Source of the DNA: the human T2T-CHM13v2.0 reference genome, Homo sapiens
NCBI RefSeq assembly: GCF_009914755.1
Contig: NC_060930.1
Length of the DNA stretch: 64,000 nt
Reading direction: 5' to 3' (one strand)
This document shows positions 38,501 through 51,139 of this stretch, piece after piece. The translations under genes and the position numbers were made by a program. Numbering within the stretch: position 1 is the first letter of the stretch; every line of letters begins with the position of its first letter. The notes beneath the pieces were generated by a model, which was given only the letters and a program-made list of their open reading frames with translations, made no database searches and had not been told where the DNA came from.

Positions 38501-40896
38501 AACTTAGAACACTGGTTATTTTACCTTTCTTCTTTTCTAATATATGCTTTTAGCGCTACAAATTTCCATTTGACATTTAAGATTACTGAAATGAGTGGAT
38601 GAATATCCACTGTATTTGTTACCATTTTCTATTTGTTGCTCTTGTTCTTTATTCCTATTTTTGTCTTCCACACTTTTACTATCTTTTATGGTTTTAAAAA
38701 CCATATATATACATGTATACATATATATACACACCTATACATATATACATATACATCTATATACACATATACATATATATAATACACACACACATACATA
38801 TATATTTTTTACTTTAGTAGTGATTACCCTAGCGTTTGCAATATATAGTTATGACTAATCCAAGTCCATTTTTAAACAACATTATACTACTTAATGGGTC
38901 ATGCAAGGTACCTTACAATAACAATATATTTCTAATTCCTTCCTTCTGTCCCGAGTATCATTGCTGATATTCATTTCACTGACACATAAATATACATAGT
39001 CACATCTATACATATAAGCACACATAAGCAAATACATTTTTACTATTATTTTTTGAACAAAATGTCTTCAAGTAGATCAATTAAGAATGAGAAAAATAAC
39101 AATTTTTATTTTATCGTTGTTTATTAATTCTCTGAGGCTATTCTTTATGTACTTACAAGTTTCTGACCCATATCATTTTACTTCCCTCTGAACTTGTTTT
39201 AAAACTTCTTGCAAGGCAAGTCTACTGGCAACAAATTCCCTCTATTTTTTGTTCATCTGAAAAGTATTTATTTCTCTTTTACTTTTGAAGAATAATTTTG
39301 CAGGATACAGAATCCCAGTTCAGTGGGATTTTTTTTCTCAAATCTTTACATATTTCACTTGTCTCTTTTCTTGCTTGCATGGTTTCTGAGAATTACGATA
39401 TAATTCTTATCTTTGTTCCCCTTCTTCATGCCCAGCTTCTTTCAATATTTTTCTTTATCATTAGTTTTATGAAGTTTGAATATGATATGCTTAAGTGTAT
39501 GGTTATTTTTTTGTTTTTTGGTATTTATCCAACTTGGTGTTCGCCGAGCTTCCTGGATCTGTGGCATGTTTGATATTAATTTGGATAAATTCTCATTCAT
39601 TTTTGCTTTAAATATTGCTTCTGTTTCTTTTTCTCTTTCATCTTATTCTGGTGTCTATTACATGTATGTTACACCATTTATAGTTGTTCTGCAGTTCTTG
39701 GATACTCTGTTTTTTTTTAAAAGTATTTTTTCTCCTTGCTTTTCAGTTTTGGAAGTTTCTATTGTCATATCCTCAAGCTCAGAGATTCTTTGTTTGGCTT
39801 TGTTCAATCTACTAATGAGGGCATCAAAAGCATTCTTCATCTGTGTTACAGTGTCTTTGATTGCTAGCATTTCTTTTTTATTCTTTCTTAGAATATTCAC
39901 CTGTCTACTCTCTGCTTCCATTACCTATCTGCTCTTGCAGAGACTACATTCTCTGTTAAAGTTCATAGCATATCAATCATAGTTATTACAAATTCCTTGT
40001 CTGATAATTCCAACATTCCTGCCATATCTGACCCTGATTAGATGTTTATTTAATCTCTTCAAACTGTATTTTTTTGCCTTTTAATATACCTTATAATTTT
40101 TTTATTGAGTAGGCATGATATACTGGGTAAAACAAATGGCAGTAAATAGGCCCTTAATAATGTAGTGGTTGAATTTCAGAGGGAAGAGGAAGCATCCTAT
40201 AGGCCTATAATTAGGTCTTTTGGTGAGTCTTTGCCCCTGGACTTTGAATTTCCCCAGTGCTTCTCAATTTGTCCCTTTTTAGATGGTTGGAGGGGGCTGG
40301 AGTTGTTTATATCCTTTCCTTCAAGTGGAAGGCTAGAAGGGGCTGGAGCTAGGTTTTCCCTTCCTCCAGGAGGAAGGTTACAGCTGCTTAGAAGTTGGAA
40401 ATTTCCTTACCCTGATAAGGAAACTGATAAAATAGTTTCTCTTGCAGACAGGCCATGTTAAGAACAGAATGCTTTGATGTATTTCAAATGGTTTATTTTC
40501 CCCTCACATTGCTGGAAGCATGGGGGGACTTTCCTCAAATATTTACTGTGAATACCTGGTAGAGCCCCTGGAGACAAAACTCACAAAAGTGTGCGGGTCT
40601 CCCTATGACTGGGTTTTCCCGGAGTTTTTATCCCTCAGACTTGTGCACATTGAGCCTCCAGTTCAAGTTTTTCTGCCTCAGCACTGATTCCTAAAGTGGT
40701 TTATGCTTAGGACTTTCTGCTCCACTAAGTTGTGAATCTCTGTATCTGTCTGTCACTCCAATTTTAGGGGCAGTAATTTGCCCTGTGATCTTCCTTCTCT
40801 GATAGATCTTAGAGGAGGACTTGGTTTTCAGTCTGTTTAGCTCTTTAGTTGTTGCCATGGAGTGGTGACATCTAAGTTCCTTATGTATTGGACTGG
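35529..40896 (-). mobile_element. L1MC1-like element with both ends and internal deletions
   Basis: L1MC 3'UTR at 35535; ORF2 RT segment IDAEKAFDKI (37431-37763); ORF1 coiled coil MKNAFDALISRLNKAKQRISELED (39658-39921); 5'UTR to about 40896; cctatttt at both flanks. Confidence 0.88.
36766..37110 (-). mobile_element. MSTA/B LTR nested in L1MC, 5' terminus deleted
   Basis: tgctataaagaactacctgagact...gcctcaggaaactt.caatcatg; lacks the terminal aaccatatca. Confidence 0.85.
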
Positions 40897-40955
40897 CCTA
40901 TTTTTTTTTTAATTTATTCTACTTCACCTAATAGTTTAAAAAACACAAAATAACA

Positions 40956-40958
<3 letters not shown>

Positions 40959-41002
<44 letters not shown>
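40959..41002. repeat. Pure T44 tract within a MIR remnant
   Basis: 44 uninterrupted T followed by acaaatgaggacact (MIR core). Confidence 0.9.
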
Positions 41003-41008
<6 letters not shown>

Positions 41009-42342
41009 GAGGACACTTTCCCAGACAGGTTGTGTGATTTTCCCAAGGACAAGCAGGCTGCTACTTGCAGATCTCTGAGCGCCCAAGACAGAATATTTTC
41101 TATTATGATTCAAGGAAAAGAACCCAGGGTTAAATTTTTAACTACCAGGTTCAGGGCTGGCTCTTCTACATTCAGTTTTGTAAGATATCTTACATTTTTA
41201 CTGCAAGTAAGCAAGAGCACAGATTTTTATAAAGATAATTCTGTATGGCCTTGAACAAATTATTTAACCTGCTTCCTACTTTACAGGTTTCCACACACCC
41301 ACTTTTCAGTGCTTCAACCACCGATGACTACTTTATTTAGTGGTTCTAAGTTTTATGATGCCATAGTTTATGCTTTTGCTAACTACATAAAGTGCTATGA
41401 ATTCAAGGCATCTGCTGCACTAACATCTTTGGTTGCTATAATTCATTTTTTTGTATCAATAGATTGATGCCCCATCATTAAATTTGATAGGAAGAACTAC
41501 TGTTGTTATCAAATAGAATATTTTATATGTGTGAGAAAACTTTTCAAGGTCATTGTCTCATTGATTGAACAAGTCATGTAAACTGTGCAGGTTAGTTCTT
41601 ATTGCTCTTTGTTTACTGGTTACCTTTGAAATGTTTTGTCATTATCCAAATTCTCATATCTAATAAACAACAGAACATAGACTGAAACAGGACTTCTAAG
41701 TTCTAAAATAGTGCTCTTTCCATAATATAGATAAAACACAGCAGAATAGCAGAGTGAGAAGCTTGGAGCTCAGTTCTATATTACAGTGAATCTCTCCTAA
41801 CTGGTGCTATAGTATAGCTGATGCTTCTCTTACACAGTTATGGTACCTTCTCAATGAATAAAAGGTATTCACTCATCTGTGATGTAAACTGAAAAACAAG
41901 CAAATAGCTTTTGCTGTGGCCTTCAAACATCAAGTATCAAATTATTCTTTGCAGAACAGCATACCACTTCTTATAAATTAGAATGTATTTTCAATAAAAT
42001 GTGCTTATTTATTATAGGATGACATATACATATGTGTTGATTTTCAGAGACTCATTATCTTACAGTTTAGGTTGCATTGTTAATTTGAGTGAATTATCCC
42101 AAGTGAGCATCCAAGGTAGGTAATCAAAGTTCCCAATTTCCAGGGGAGCTGGAGCTATACTTACGGCCCACGTCCCCACCATCAGAGCCAGCATTTCCAC
42201 TACCTTGACAGCTGCTGTGCAAAGCTCTGCAGCTTTAAAAGAATGGAAGTAGAGGGAGGAGATAAGCTGGGACAACTTAAGAGACCTGAGCCCAGGGACA
42301 TATTCCCAGGCTGGAAACTTTGCCTATATGTTGAGGTAATTT

Positions 42343-42457
42343 CACAGTGAACAACTGTCTCAGTTTGCCTGGGACTGAGAAGTTTCCCCATATGTGGGAC
42401 TTTCGGGGCTAAAATGAAGACATTCTTAGGCAAACTGTGATAAGTTGGTTATCCTAG
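42343..42457 (-). mobile_element. MER81
   Basis: caactgtctcagtttgcctgggactga...ggcaaact..gttggttatccta. Confidence 0.8.
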
Positions 42458-43084
42458 GTTCTGTCCCCAAAGGTAGATCTCTAAAAGTGTCCAGAATATT
42501 TCATTTGACTGTGTTACACTCCTAATATTTCAAAAATTCAAGGTTAGTTTGAGTTAAGAAAAATAAATAGGCTAACAGAACCTGAGGAAATTAAGGGGTT
42601 AAAATAACTTTGCTTAAAATTATGGCTCTATTCTTAAAAGTTATCTACTATAAGCTCAAAAGAAATGGTAGTTTTGGGTAAGATGTGGGGAAGGATCAAA
42701 ATAGAAATAATTGGGATCATGGGGAACTTTATATTTTAAGAGAGAGGAGACTTTCCTTACTTACCTTTCTAAAGTAGAAGTATGGGAGCTCTATAGAGGA
42801 ATGGGGTGGGGAAAATCACTCAGAGTTTGGGGGGCGAACAAGCAAGGGCTTAGAAAAGACATAGAAAGAATTAAAGTAAAAAATAAACCTAGACTGTTTT
42901 GAAAAATTTCCTTTGATCAATAATCCCCCCAGAATCAGTAAGGAAACCTTCTATAGAGAGCACATGTACATATCTATTGTGTTTCTAGCCTACTTTCCTG
43001 CTCTCTTATTCATTCCATGAATCCTAGCTGTTAGGATGCTGATCCAAGGTTAGTAGCTCATGTACCAGTCAGTTTAAGCCTCTG

Positions 43085-43300
43085 GGAATTTAAACGTGAG
43101 CAAAACAGACACAAAGTCCTTCCCACATGGAGATTATAATCTGGAGTGAGAGAGAGACAGGCAATCCGTAAAGCCAAACTGGCAGTTGACAGTACATTAG
43201 ACAGTTGTAAATGCTTTCGAGAAAAATAAAGTCAGGGGAGAGGGTAGGAAATAAGAGTATTGCATGCTCATAAAGATCTCACCAACAAGGTAAAATTTAG
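43085..43300 (-). mobile_element. L2 fragment
   Basis: gtgagcaaaacagacacaaagtcc..catggag; gagaaaaataaag. Confidence 0.65.
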
Positions 43301-45427
43301 AAGCAAACACATAAAATAAAATGCTTTAGATATCAGAAATTCCAGCTGGCTATTATTCTGGAGATTTACTTTTCGTAGAGCCAGTAGACATGTGCAAAGG
43401 AAAGCTTTGCCTCTTAATAAATAAATAATAAAGGAAGAACACTAAACACAGTTGGAAAAAGCTAAAGAGGCTGACAGAAGAATCAAGCTTCTATATGCTT
43501 GTAAGACTATATTACTGACATTTTATTTCATTTTCATTTGTTTGCTTGGAATTGACCAGAGAAATACTGGAATCTGCACCTTGCCTGCAGCCTCAGGCAC
43601 TGTATGTTACAAAGAAACCTCCATAAGGGAGCTGGAGCACAGCACATAAACCAGGGTTTCTCTTGACACAATTCGTCTCGTACTTTTGTTTCAACAGAAA
43701 CTAGACATCCTTCAAGCCAAGTTATAGGAGCTTGCAGCCTGAGGCACTGAATTGCATTGAACATAAAAGCCCTTATTCAAAAATAACTTATTTAAACATT
43801 CTGTTATAGCTGCATGGAATTTATCTATCAGAGAGGTGAGTAAGTCTTACATCAGTAACTCTTGGTTTTTCTACACACTCCATAAATCACTGACAAATAC
43901 ATTATTTTGAAAGCAAAAGCTAGCATCTTTTGTTTTTCAGCAATGCGATACTATAATAATACCATTCTTACAGATTATAAAAGTGTCCTTTTTGAGTACG
44001 AAAGGCACTCCAAATACTTCTTGGCACTTAAGCTAGATGTTTATCTTATTAAATTTAGTAGATATTGATATTTGCACAGTTACTGTAAAATAGAACAATT
44101 GCTTTTCCTGAATTGTTTTGACTATTGATCCTCTTGAGTGGATGACAAAGGTAAGAAAACAGATCTGGTCTTGCATCACAGATATTCATGTGCTATAAAT
44201 GACCAGAAAAATTTAAATTAGCATGTTATATTTGATAACATCAATAATTAATTATTTTGTAATCACCAATTGAAGTATACAGACCATGGAATTTTCTAAT
44301 TTCTATAAAACAACTGTGGCCTCTCAAGGAACAGATAATTATGCCTCCTTCTTCATGGGAACGAATCCAGAGAGTCTGTCTATTGGAGTCTCTACATCAG
44401 AGTTTGCTATAAATTTGAATGCTAAAACATACTTTGGGGCAAAAGTCTGTAGGTTGACCATTTTGCATTAATTTATTTGGTGGTTCTATTGTCATTCAGG
44501 GGTGACTGAATTGTGGCACTTGAAAGGACCCCTCTGGGGTTGCCTAGTTTAGGTTTTTATTGCCAAACTCAGCTAGTTAATAAAACTATTATATTGGCAA
44601 GATAATTAATTATATTTATAAAGTGTTGACCTGGTGGGCTTGACTTGCCCAGTTTTCAGTCTCAACCCTCAGTCAATAAGATAACAAAAAGTCTAAGCTC
44701 CAGGGAGCTAAATAACTGAAATTAAGTTAATTTATACTAGATAGTTTCATCCAGTGAATACTTGATTTCTTAATGCCTTTTTTTTTCATTCAAAAACAGG
44801 GAAGGGATACTTTGTTAAAATTCATGAATACTGATTGTTTTCAACTATTGGTAGCCCTTTACTGTGTTTATTTCAAAGTAGATACATATCCCTAAAAATA
44901 GTGCCATGAACTCATACGGCAAAAGGTATATTTAACTTTATATGTCAATGTAGATAATGCAGTTGTGTACCTTTTTTTTCTGGAGTAAAAACTGGGTTTC
45001 TGTGAACCACTACTAGCTTTTCAATTACCCAGAATAATTTTAAAAACTAAGAAGAGAAACAAAAAACAGACATAGGAAAAAAAAATAGAACATCTTTGAC
45101 TGGAAGGCAATAACTCTTCAGCAGGAAGTTGTAATTAAACACACATGCCAACTCAAAGTTTTAAATATGATGTCTGCTTCACTGTGAGTTCTTGGTTTGA
45201 GGTCAATAAGAGAAGAAAGAGTTCAATGTTCATCACCCATTCATCCTTCAAATACTTACTGATTGCCTAGCATGTGCCTACAAATTGGATAAAATTCAGT
45301 CTTTTTCTTAGAGTTCATAATCAAGTCAGAAACTACTATAAAAATATGTCTGTATGTGTATGTGTATAGATGTACAGTATATACACATATACAAATATAC
45401 ATTATATATAGGTAAATATATAATTAT

Positions 45428-45790
45428 ATACTATGCAGCCATAAGAAAGAATGAGATCATGTCTTTTGCAGGAACATGGATGGAGCTGGAGGTGATTATC
45501 TTTAGGAAACTGATGCAGGAACAGAAAACTAAATACCACATGTTTTCACTTATAAGTGGGAGCCAGATGATAAGAACTTATGAACACAAAGAAGGAAACA
45601 ACATACACTGGGGTCTACTTGATGGGGGAGGGTGGGAGGAGGGAGAGGAGTAGAAAAGATAACTATTGGGTACTGGGCTTAATACCTGGGTGATAAAATA
45701 ATGTGTATAATAAACCCCTGTGACATGACATGTGTTTACCTACGTAACAAACCTTCACTTGTACCCCTAAACCTAAAACTTAAAAAAAGA
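45428..45790 (+). mobile_element. L1PA13/14-like 3' end
   Basis: gaacttatgaacacaaagaaggaaacaac...gaaaagataactattgggtactgggc; A-rich tail. Confidence 0.9.
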
Positions 45791-46177
45791 AAAATTAAAA
45801 CCAAAAGGAAGAAAATACCAAACAAAAAAATAAAATATATTAAATGTTACAATAGAAAATAACACCACATATAAATACCACAAAGGCAATTATATTCCAT
45901 ATAATTTGTGACACAAATTACACAAATTCAGAATATGAATACAATTAGAGTAGGGTGTATGCTATAGCAGATATATCTATATAATAAGATATTTGTACTT
46001 TCTCAGTATATGGGTTGCAGGAAAGGTTCGAAAAGAAGAGTTTCTTCAAAAAGTTTTCTGAATGCTTTTCAAGAGAAATTCAAGAAAAGGGGAGCAATTA
46101 GAGAGATAAAAGATTAAAAATCAAAACAAGGGGAGAAGATAAAAGTGGAATTGAGAAGTGACAGTAGCCCACAGGGC

Positions 46178-46265
46178 AGCATCTGCATGGTGAGAACCTT
46201 TTGCATTAACAATGGAGGGTAAAAAGCATCTGCATGGTGAGAACCTTTTGCATTAACAATGGAGG
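46178..46265. repeat. Tandem duplication, 41 bp identical, period 47
   Basis: agcatctgcatggtgagaaccttttgcattaacaatggagg at 46178-46218 and 46225-46265. Confidence 0.95.
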
Positions 46266-46561
46266 TTAAAGGCTGGATTTGGGTAAGTGAGAAGGCACAT
46301 GGATAGTTGGGAGAGCTCATGATAAAGAGATAATAAGTGGGACACCCCCACCCATCAACCAGAACCCTTGGCATATAGAAACCTCTACCTAAGTCTCCTT
46401 AGAAAGCACAGGTATTTGATTATTTCTGTGTTTGTACATGCATGCATGAGTGTGTGTGTGTGTGTGTGTGTGATTTGTTATGTCCCCATTTAAGGATGGA
46501 ATAAAAGTAAAGAGTAAACATGTTAAAGAGCATACCATTAGTTATAAATTAGCTTTTAAAG

Positions 46562-46858
46562 TTTTTTTTTTTTTTTTTGATGGAGTCTCACTCTGTTGCC
46601 CAGGCTGGAATGCAGTGGCATGATCTGAGCTCACTGCAAGCTTCACCTCCTGGGTTCAACTGATTCTCCTGCCTCAGCCTCCCAAGTAGCTGGGACTCCA
46701 GGCATGTGCCATGACACCTGGCTAATTTTTGTATTTTTAGTAGAAATGGTGTTTCACCATATTGGCCAGGCTGGTCTTAGACTCCTGACTTCAGGCAATC
46801 CACCCACCTCAGCCTCCCAAACTGCTGTGATTACAGGCATGAGCCACTGGGTCTGGCA
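46562..46858 (-). mobile_element. AluS
   Basis: Full antisense dimer; TSD taaagtttt. Confidence 0.95.
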
Positions 46859-47099
46859 TAAAGTTTTAATGTTTAAAGTAATGTTCAGTTCTGTAGAAAA
46901 CCCTCTTGACAGAGTACACAACCCTACTGGTGGTGATGCTAGCCAATGTTTGATGAAATTATGCCAACATTTCTTTTCATGGTGGCTAGTGTGATTAAAC
47001 ATCTTTCATCTCACAGCTTTATATGATATATGCATTCAATCACTCTGCTTCTTTTTGCTATTCATAACTCTTACTTGGTGAAATAAATTGTAGACATAC

Positions 47100-47645
47100 T
47101 GTTGCAGCTTTTTAACTCCTGTTGTTGGTACATGGGCAGGAATGTTACAGCTATTTTACCACTGCTGCCTACAGCTCAGAGAGCATTACAGCTTTTTCAC
47201 TTCCACAGCTTGGTGAGTTCTGGGTTCTTGTCCCACGACCAAGCAAAATAATGTACATGGACTCCTGAGAGAGGGTAAGGCAGAGTAGAATTTATTGAGT
47301 AAAAGTAAAGCTCTCGACAGTGAGCAGGGACCCAAAAGTGGGTAGCCTTTTGTGAGGCTGAGTCCAGGGTTTTTATGGGCTTAGAATGGGGGAATGCATG
47401 CTGATTGGTTTATGGGTGGGCTTGGAAAAGGCACTCTGCAATTGGTTAAAAGGCACCATTCAGAAAGGACCAATTGAGAGAGAGTGGGTAAGACAGGGAT
47501 GGAACTTGTCTCTCTGGTCCATGGATCTTATCTGGAAATGGTAGCTCAGTTTTCAGGCTTTAGACTGTCCGTGGCTTGAAGGTCAAGTTTCACTAGGGAT
47601 CCATCCCTGTCTACCTAGGAATTTGTCTATCTCCTGTTACTAGCA
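47100..47645 (-). mobile_element. ERV1 solo LTR of the MER52/LTR29 group
   Basis: tg...ca ends with 4-bp TSD atac; gaatttattgag, tgctgattggt, cctaggaatttgtct. Confidence 0.75.
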
Positions 47646-49639
47646 ATACATTTTGTGAATTGCTGTTATCCCAGATGACTGATCTGTATTTTTGTTAAAC
47701 TTGTATGCTGTAAAAACAGGTATCAAAATCAAAGTCAGCCTCTACAGGTAAAATTGCTGAACTTTAGTAATGGTTTTAAAATGTGAAGGAATAACCATTA
47801 TTAAAATAGAAAACCTAATTGGAACCTGGCTTACTTTCCTTTTTTTCCATGTTATTTATTTGTCCACACAAATCTCTGCTTCATTTTTACTAACCTCCTC
47901 AGTTTTTAGAAATTTCAGCAATACTTACACTTTTACAAGGCCTTATTCATTATACATTAAAAGGCTTTCTTCTTATTTCTTTAGTTTGTATAATGTCTTT
48001 GTGAGATAGGCATTTGTCTTAACTGTTCTACAGAATGAAACATTATGTGATGCATTTGTCTAGAGGTCAAGATAAATCATAGTAGAGCTAAGTTTTAATC
48101 AAATGCTTTTCTAAACTAGTTCTCTTCTCTCTTTTTCTTGGTTTCTCTCTCTCTCTCTATTTCTGGCTCTCTTTTCTTCTTTTTATTTATCAAATTCCAC
48201 TGTTCTATATTATATGAAAATCACTTTTCATAATTTTTATTTGCACATGACAATTTTTTGTTTAAGTCTTCAACATGGTTGGCAATTGGTTGTACATGCT
48301 ATTCTCTTAGAAGTGGGTAAGGGGTCAGCTGCTAGGGTATGGGAAGTGGTGAGGAAAAGGATTTTGGTTACGGACTATCCAAATACAAGGAATATTTACA
48401 AATAGCAGAAACTTCATGACTCTCATTGCAGTTACAAGAATAAATATTCTTCTTTTGTGTAGCCTGACAGCTCAATATTCTGAGATAAATTTTGAGAGAG
48501 TCTTCTTTCAGCACTTCCACTCAAACTGTCCATATACCTGTTCTTTTCTCTCATTGTACATTTTCCCTTTTGCTAAACAATCAAGTAAATGACATTAATA
48601 ATTCTGATCTAGTTTTGGAATTTTCTTACAAAGGCAGACTACTGAAGTAGAAATAAAATATATAAATTGGATATTATTTGTTTCATAAAAATAGTAACTA
48701 GATGTGAGTTCTTGGCCAAATTGGTATCTTTGTCACTCTAACTATGTATTATTACTATCTCAAATTTTTGGAGGATGAGTTTATAATCGTAATTTTTTAC
48801 AAATCCCAAGTGAATATTTATACAAAAGTAATTACCATCTATAACTATTAAATCCTACTTAAACCAAATTCAAAATCTGTCATTGACTAGCAGAGATAAC
48901 TTGAATAAGTCAGTTAATCAGTTATTGTTTCTCCAACTGTTGAATGAAGGTGTTAGTGAAAAGATTGAGGACAATGCTAACATTATAAAACCCTATTTGG
49001 AACTTATAGAAAAAATGCTTTAAGCATGAATAATTACCTGCAGTGTATTGTCAAATGTTAGATTGGAATGCCATTTTTTTTTCATTTAAGCCCTGACTTA
49101 ACCCCACAGTTCAGCTATATTTAGTAAAAAATAAATAATGATGGGTGTGGTATTTTTAGTTAGAGGATGTTATAGAAGTGGTTACAGTCTCTAATTTTGT
49201 GAGCTATGAACAATGAGATTTCTAAAGAATAAGGTACAGGTAAACCAGAGATGGAAGAAATGCATCAAAAATGGGTTGAAAGAGACAGCAAAAACTAAAG
49301 TCCAATGTGTGATATAAAATAAATAAGGAACACAAGCAGGAGCTCATGGATGGAGAGCAAACAAGTTTAGTAAATAAAGGTGATTAACAGTGAAGAATTT
49401 AAGTTTGGGATATGGCATATTGTGACATTTGGCTCTCCATAAGCAATATAATAACATCTGACAGCTATAATCTCTAGAAAATTCGTATCAATGAGGTTCT
49501 TTCCAATAATTAAAAATAAATGAAAAGTTGACTTATTTCTTTCTTTCTTTATGACTATTTGAGCTCCTGAAATACAGTTTTTAAATCTAAGGAAAGGAAG
49601 ATGTCCAGAGAAAATATACAGTAAAAAGTATTTGATGAA

Positions 49640-50140
49640 TTTTTTTCCCTTAAGTTATTGGGGTACAGGTGGTATTTGGTTACATGAGTAAGTTCCTTCC
49701 TTATTTATTTTTCTCCCTGTGCAGTTTTACCCCCTGCTTCTCTCCTGTTGGATCCCTGTGGTGGAACCAGCAAGCTCTCAGGGCCTTTCTGCTGTTTTCT
49801 CTACTCCTGTATTTCGCTCAACTCTCCAAATTGACTCAGCTCCAGGTAACGCCGGAAACTTCTCTGGCAAACAGACCTTCAGCTTCGCCATAGGGGGGTG
49901 TGTGTTAGGGAGAGAAGGTTCTCCTTTTCCCACTTCCCCAGTTGGGGCACTCACAGTTTTGGGGGGACTGCTGAGTCCTGCAGGAGTAGTCCGCTTCCGT
50001 TAGAGGGTCTGTGGGTCCTCTCAGGATTGCTGGTTTGTTGTTGCAGTAGATCTGGAGCTAAAATTCACAACGCGAGCCACTGCCCGCTGCTCTGTCCGGA
50101 GCTGCTGCTGTCTAGTCCTGCCTCCCGCCCGCCATCTTTC
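49640..50140 (-). mobile_element. L1PB 5'UTR start fused to L1PB extreme 3' end
   Basis: gttattggggtacaggtggtatttggttacatgagtaagttc (3' end) adjacent to a 5'UTR whose minus strand starts AAGATGGCGGGCGGGAGGCAGGACTAGA. Confidence 0.85.
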
Positions 50141-50850
50141 TGGTATCTCAGGTTTTTAATGATTTAATTGATAATATAATAATAGTTAAGTATATTAAAA
50201 TTCAGGTATTAATATTCATGTAATTGTTTAAATATACTCTATGATAATATTATGTTGGCTAATAGAACTTAAATGTCACTGAGCAGAACCTTTGAATTAC
50301 TATGAAGAAAGACAATATTTATGTACCTTGAACTAGACTGTAGCCAAATAGGATGTCCAGAAGTCATTTGATTATATGACACCCATATGAGAGTACCTGA
50401 TGAAGGATAGAATAATTTTTACATGATAAAATTGAATAACGTATCTTTTTTTGGGAGACATATTCACACTAACTATTATCTAGGATTTTGGCATTTTAAA
50501 ATTTAAATTTGAGAAGTAGGTGAAGAAGAAATAGTTTAGAAATAGAATGTACCTTTACATTTAGTATATTCTTTGAATCAAACAATTTTTGGCTTAGAGT
50601 ACAGAAGGGAAATAAAATTATACAAAGCATGCTAGCATGACAGAAATGAATTACCAAGATAGACATTAAGACTAACTAGAAAAAAAATCTTAAATAAATG
50701 GATGGATGGAAGCCATAGAGAAAAGTGCCTTATTCATTCTATTGTCAAAGGTCACAGTTGCATACAATTATTTATTGAGAACCTGCTATGTGCTCAACAT
50801 TGTGCTACATTGTTTATTAAATAAACAGTAAATATAAACCATAAATTGTT

Positions 50851-50889
50851 TATTAGTAAATAGTATTAGGCCAATACTATTTACTAATA
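50851..50889. repeat. Perfect 17-bp inverted repeat with 5-nt spacer
   Basis: tattagtaaatagtatt-aggcc-aatactatttactaata. Confidence 0.95.
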
Positions 50890-51139
50890 GTAAATTAGTC
50901 TAACAGACTTTGGGGTTGATGAATCAACTTCAACACAAAGATTGTAATTAGAGAACATTATAGGACTTTATATAATAAAGTAATGAAATGATAAAGCTGA
51001 AGGAGCACTTGACCTGGGATATCAGAAATTTCTGTTTCATTCTCCAGTGCACATTCCATCACTTAACATTTGTCAGTCTCTAAGGAAAGGAAATAAGCAG
51101 AAACTTCATGTGCTTTTTTGCTAATAAGATTTATCATAA

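Noticed and set aside
37431-39982. RT-like and coiled-coil ORFs, and a hydrophobic 168-aa ORF
   Set aside because: Decayed L1 ORF2/ORF1 and their antisense reading.
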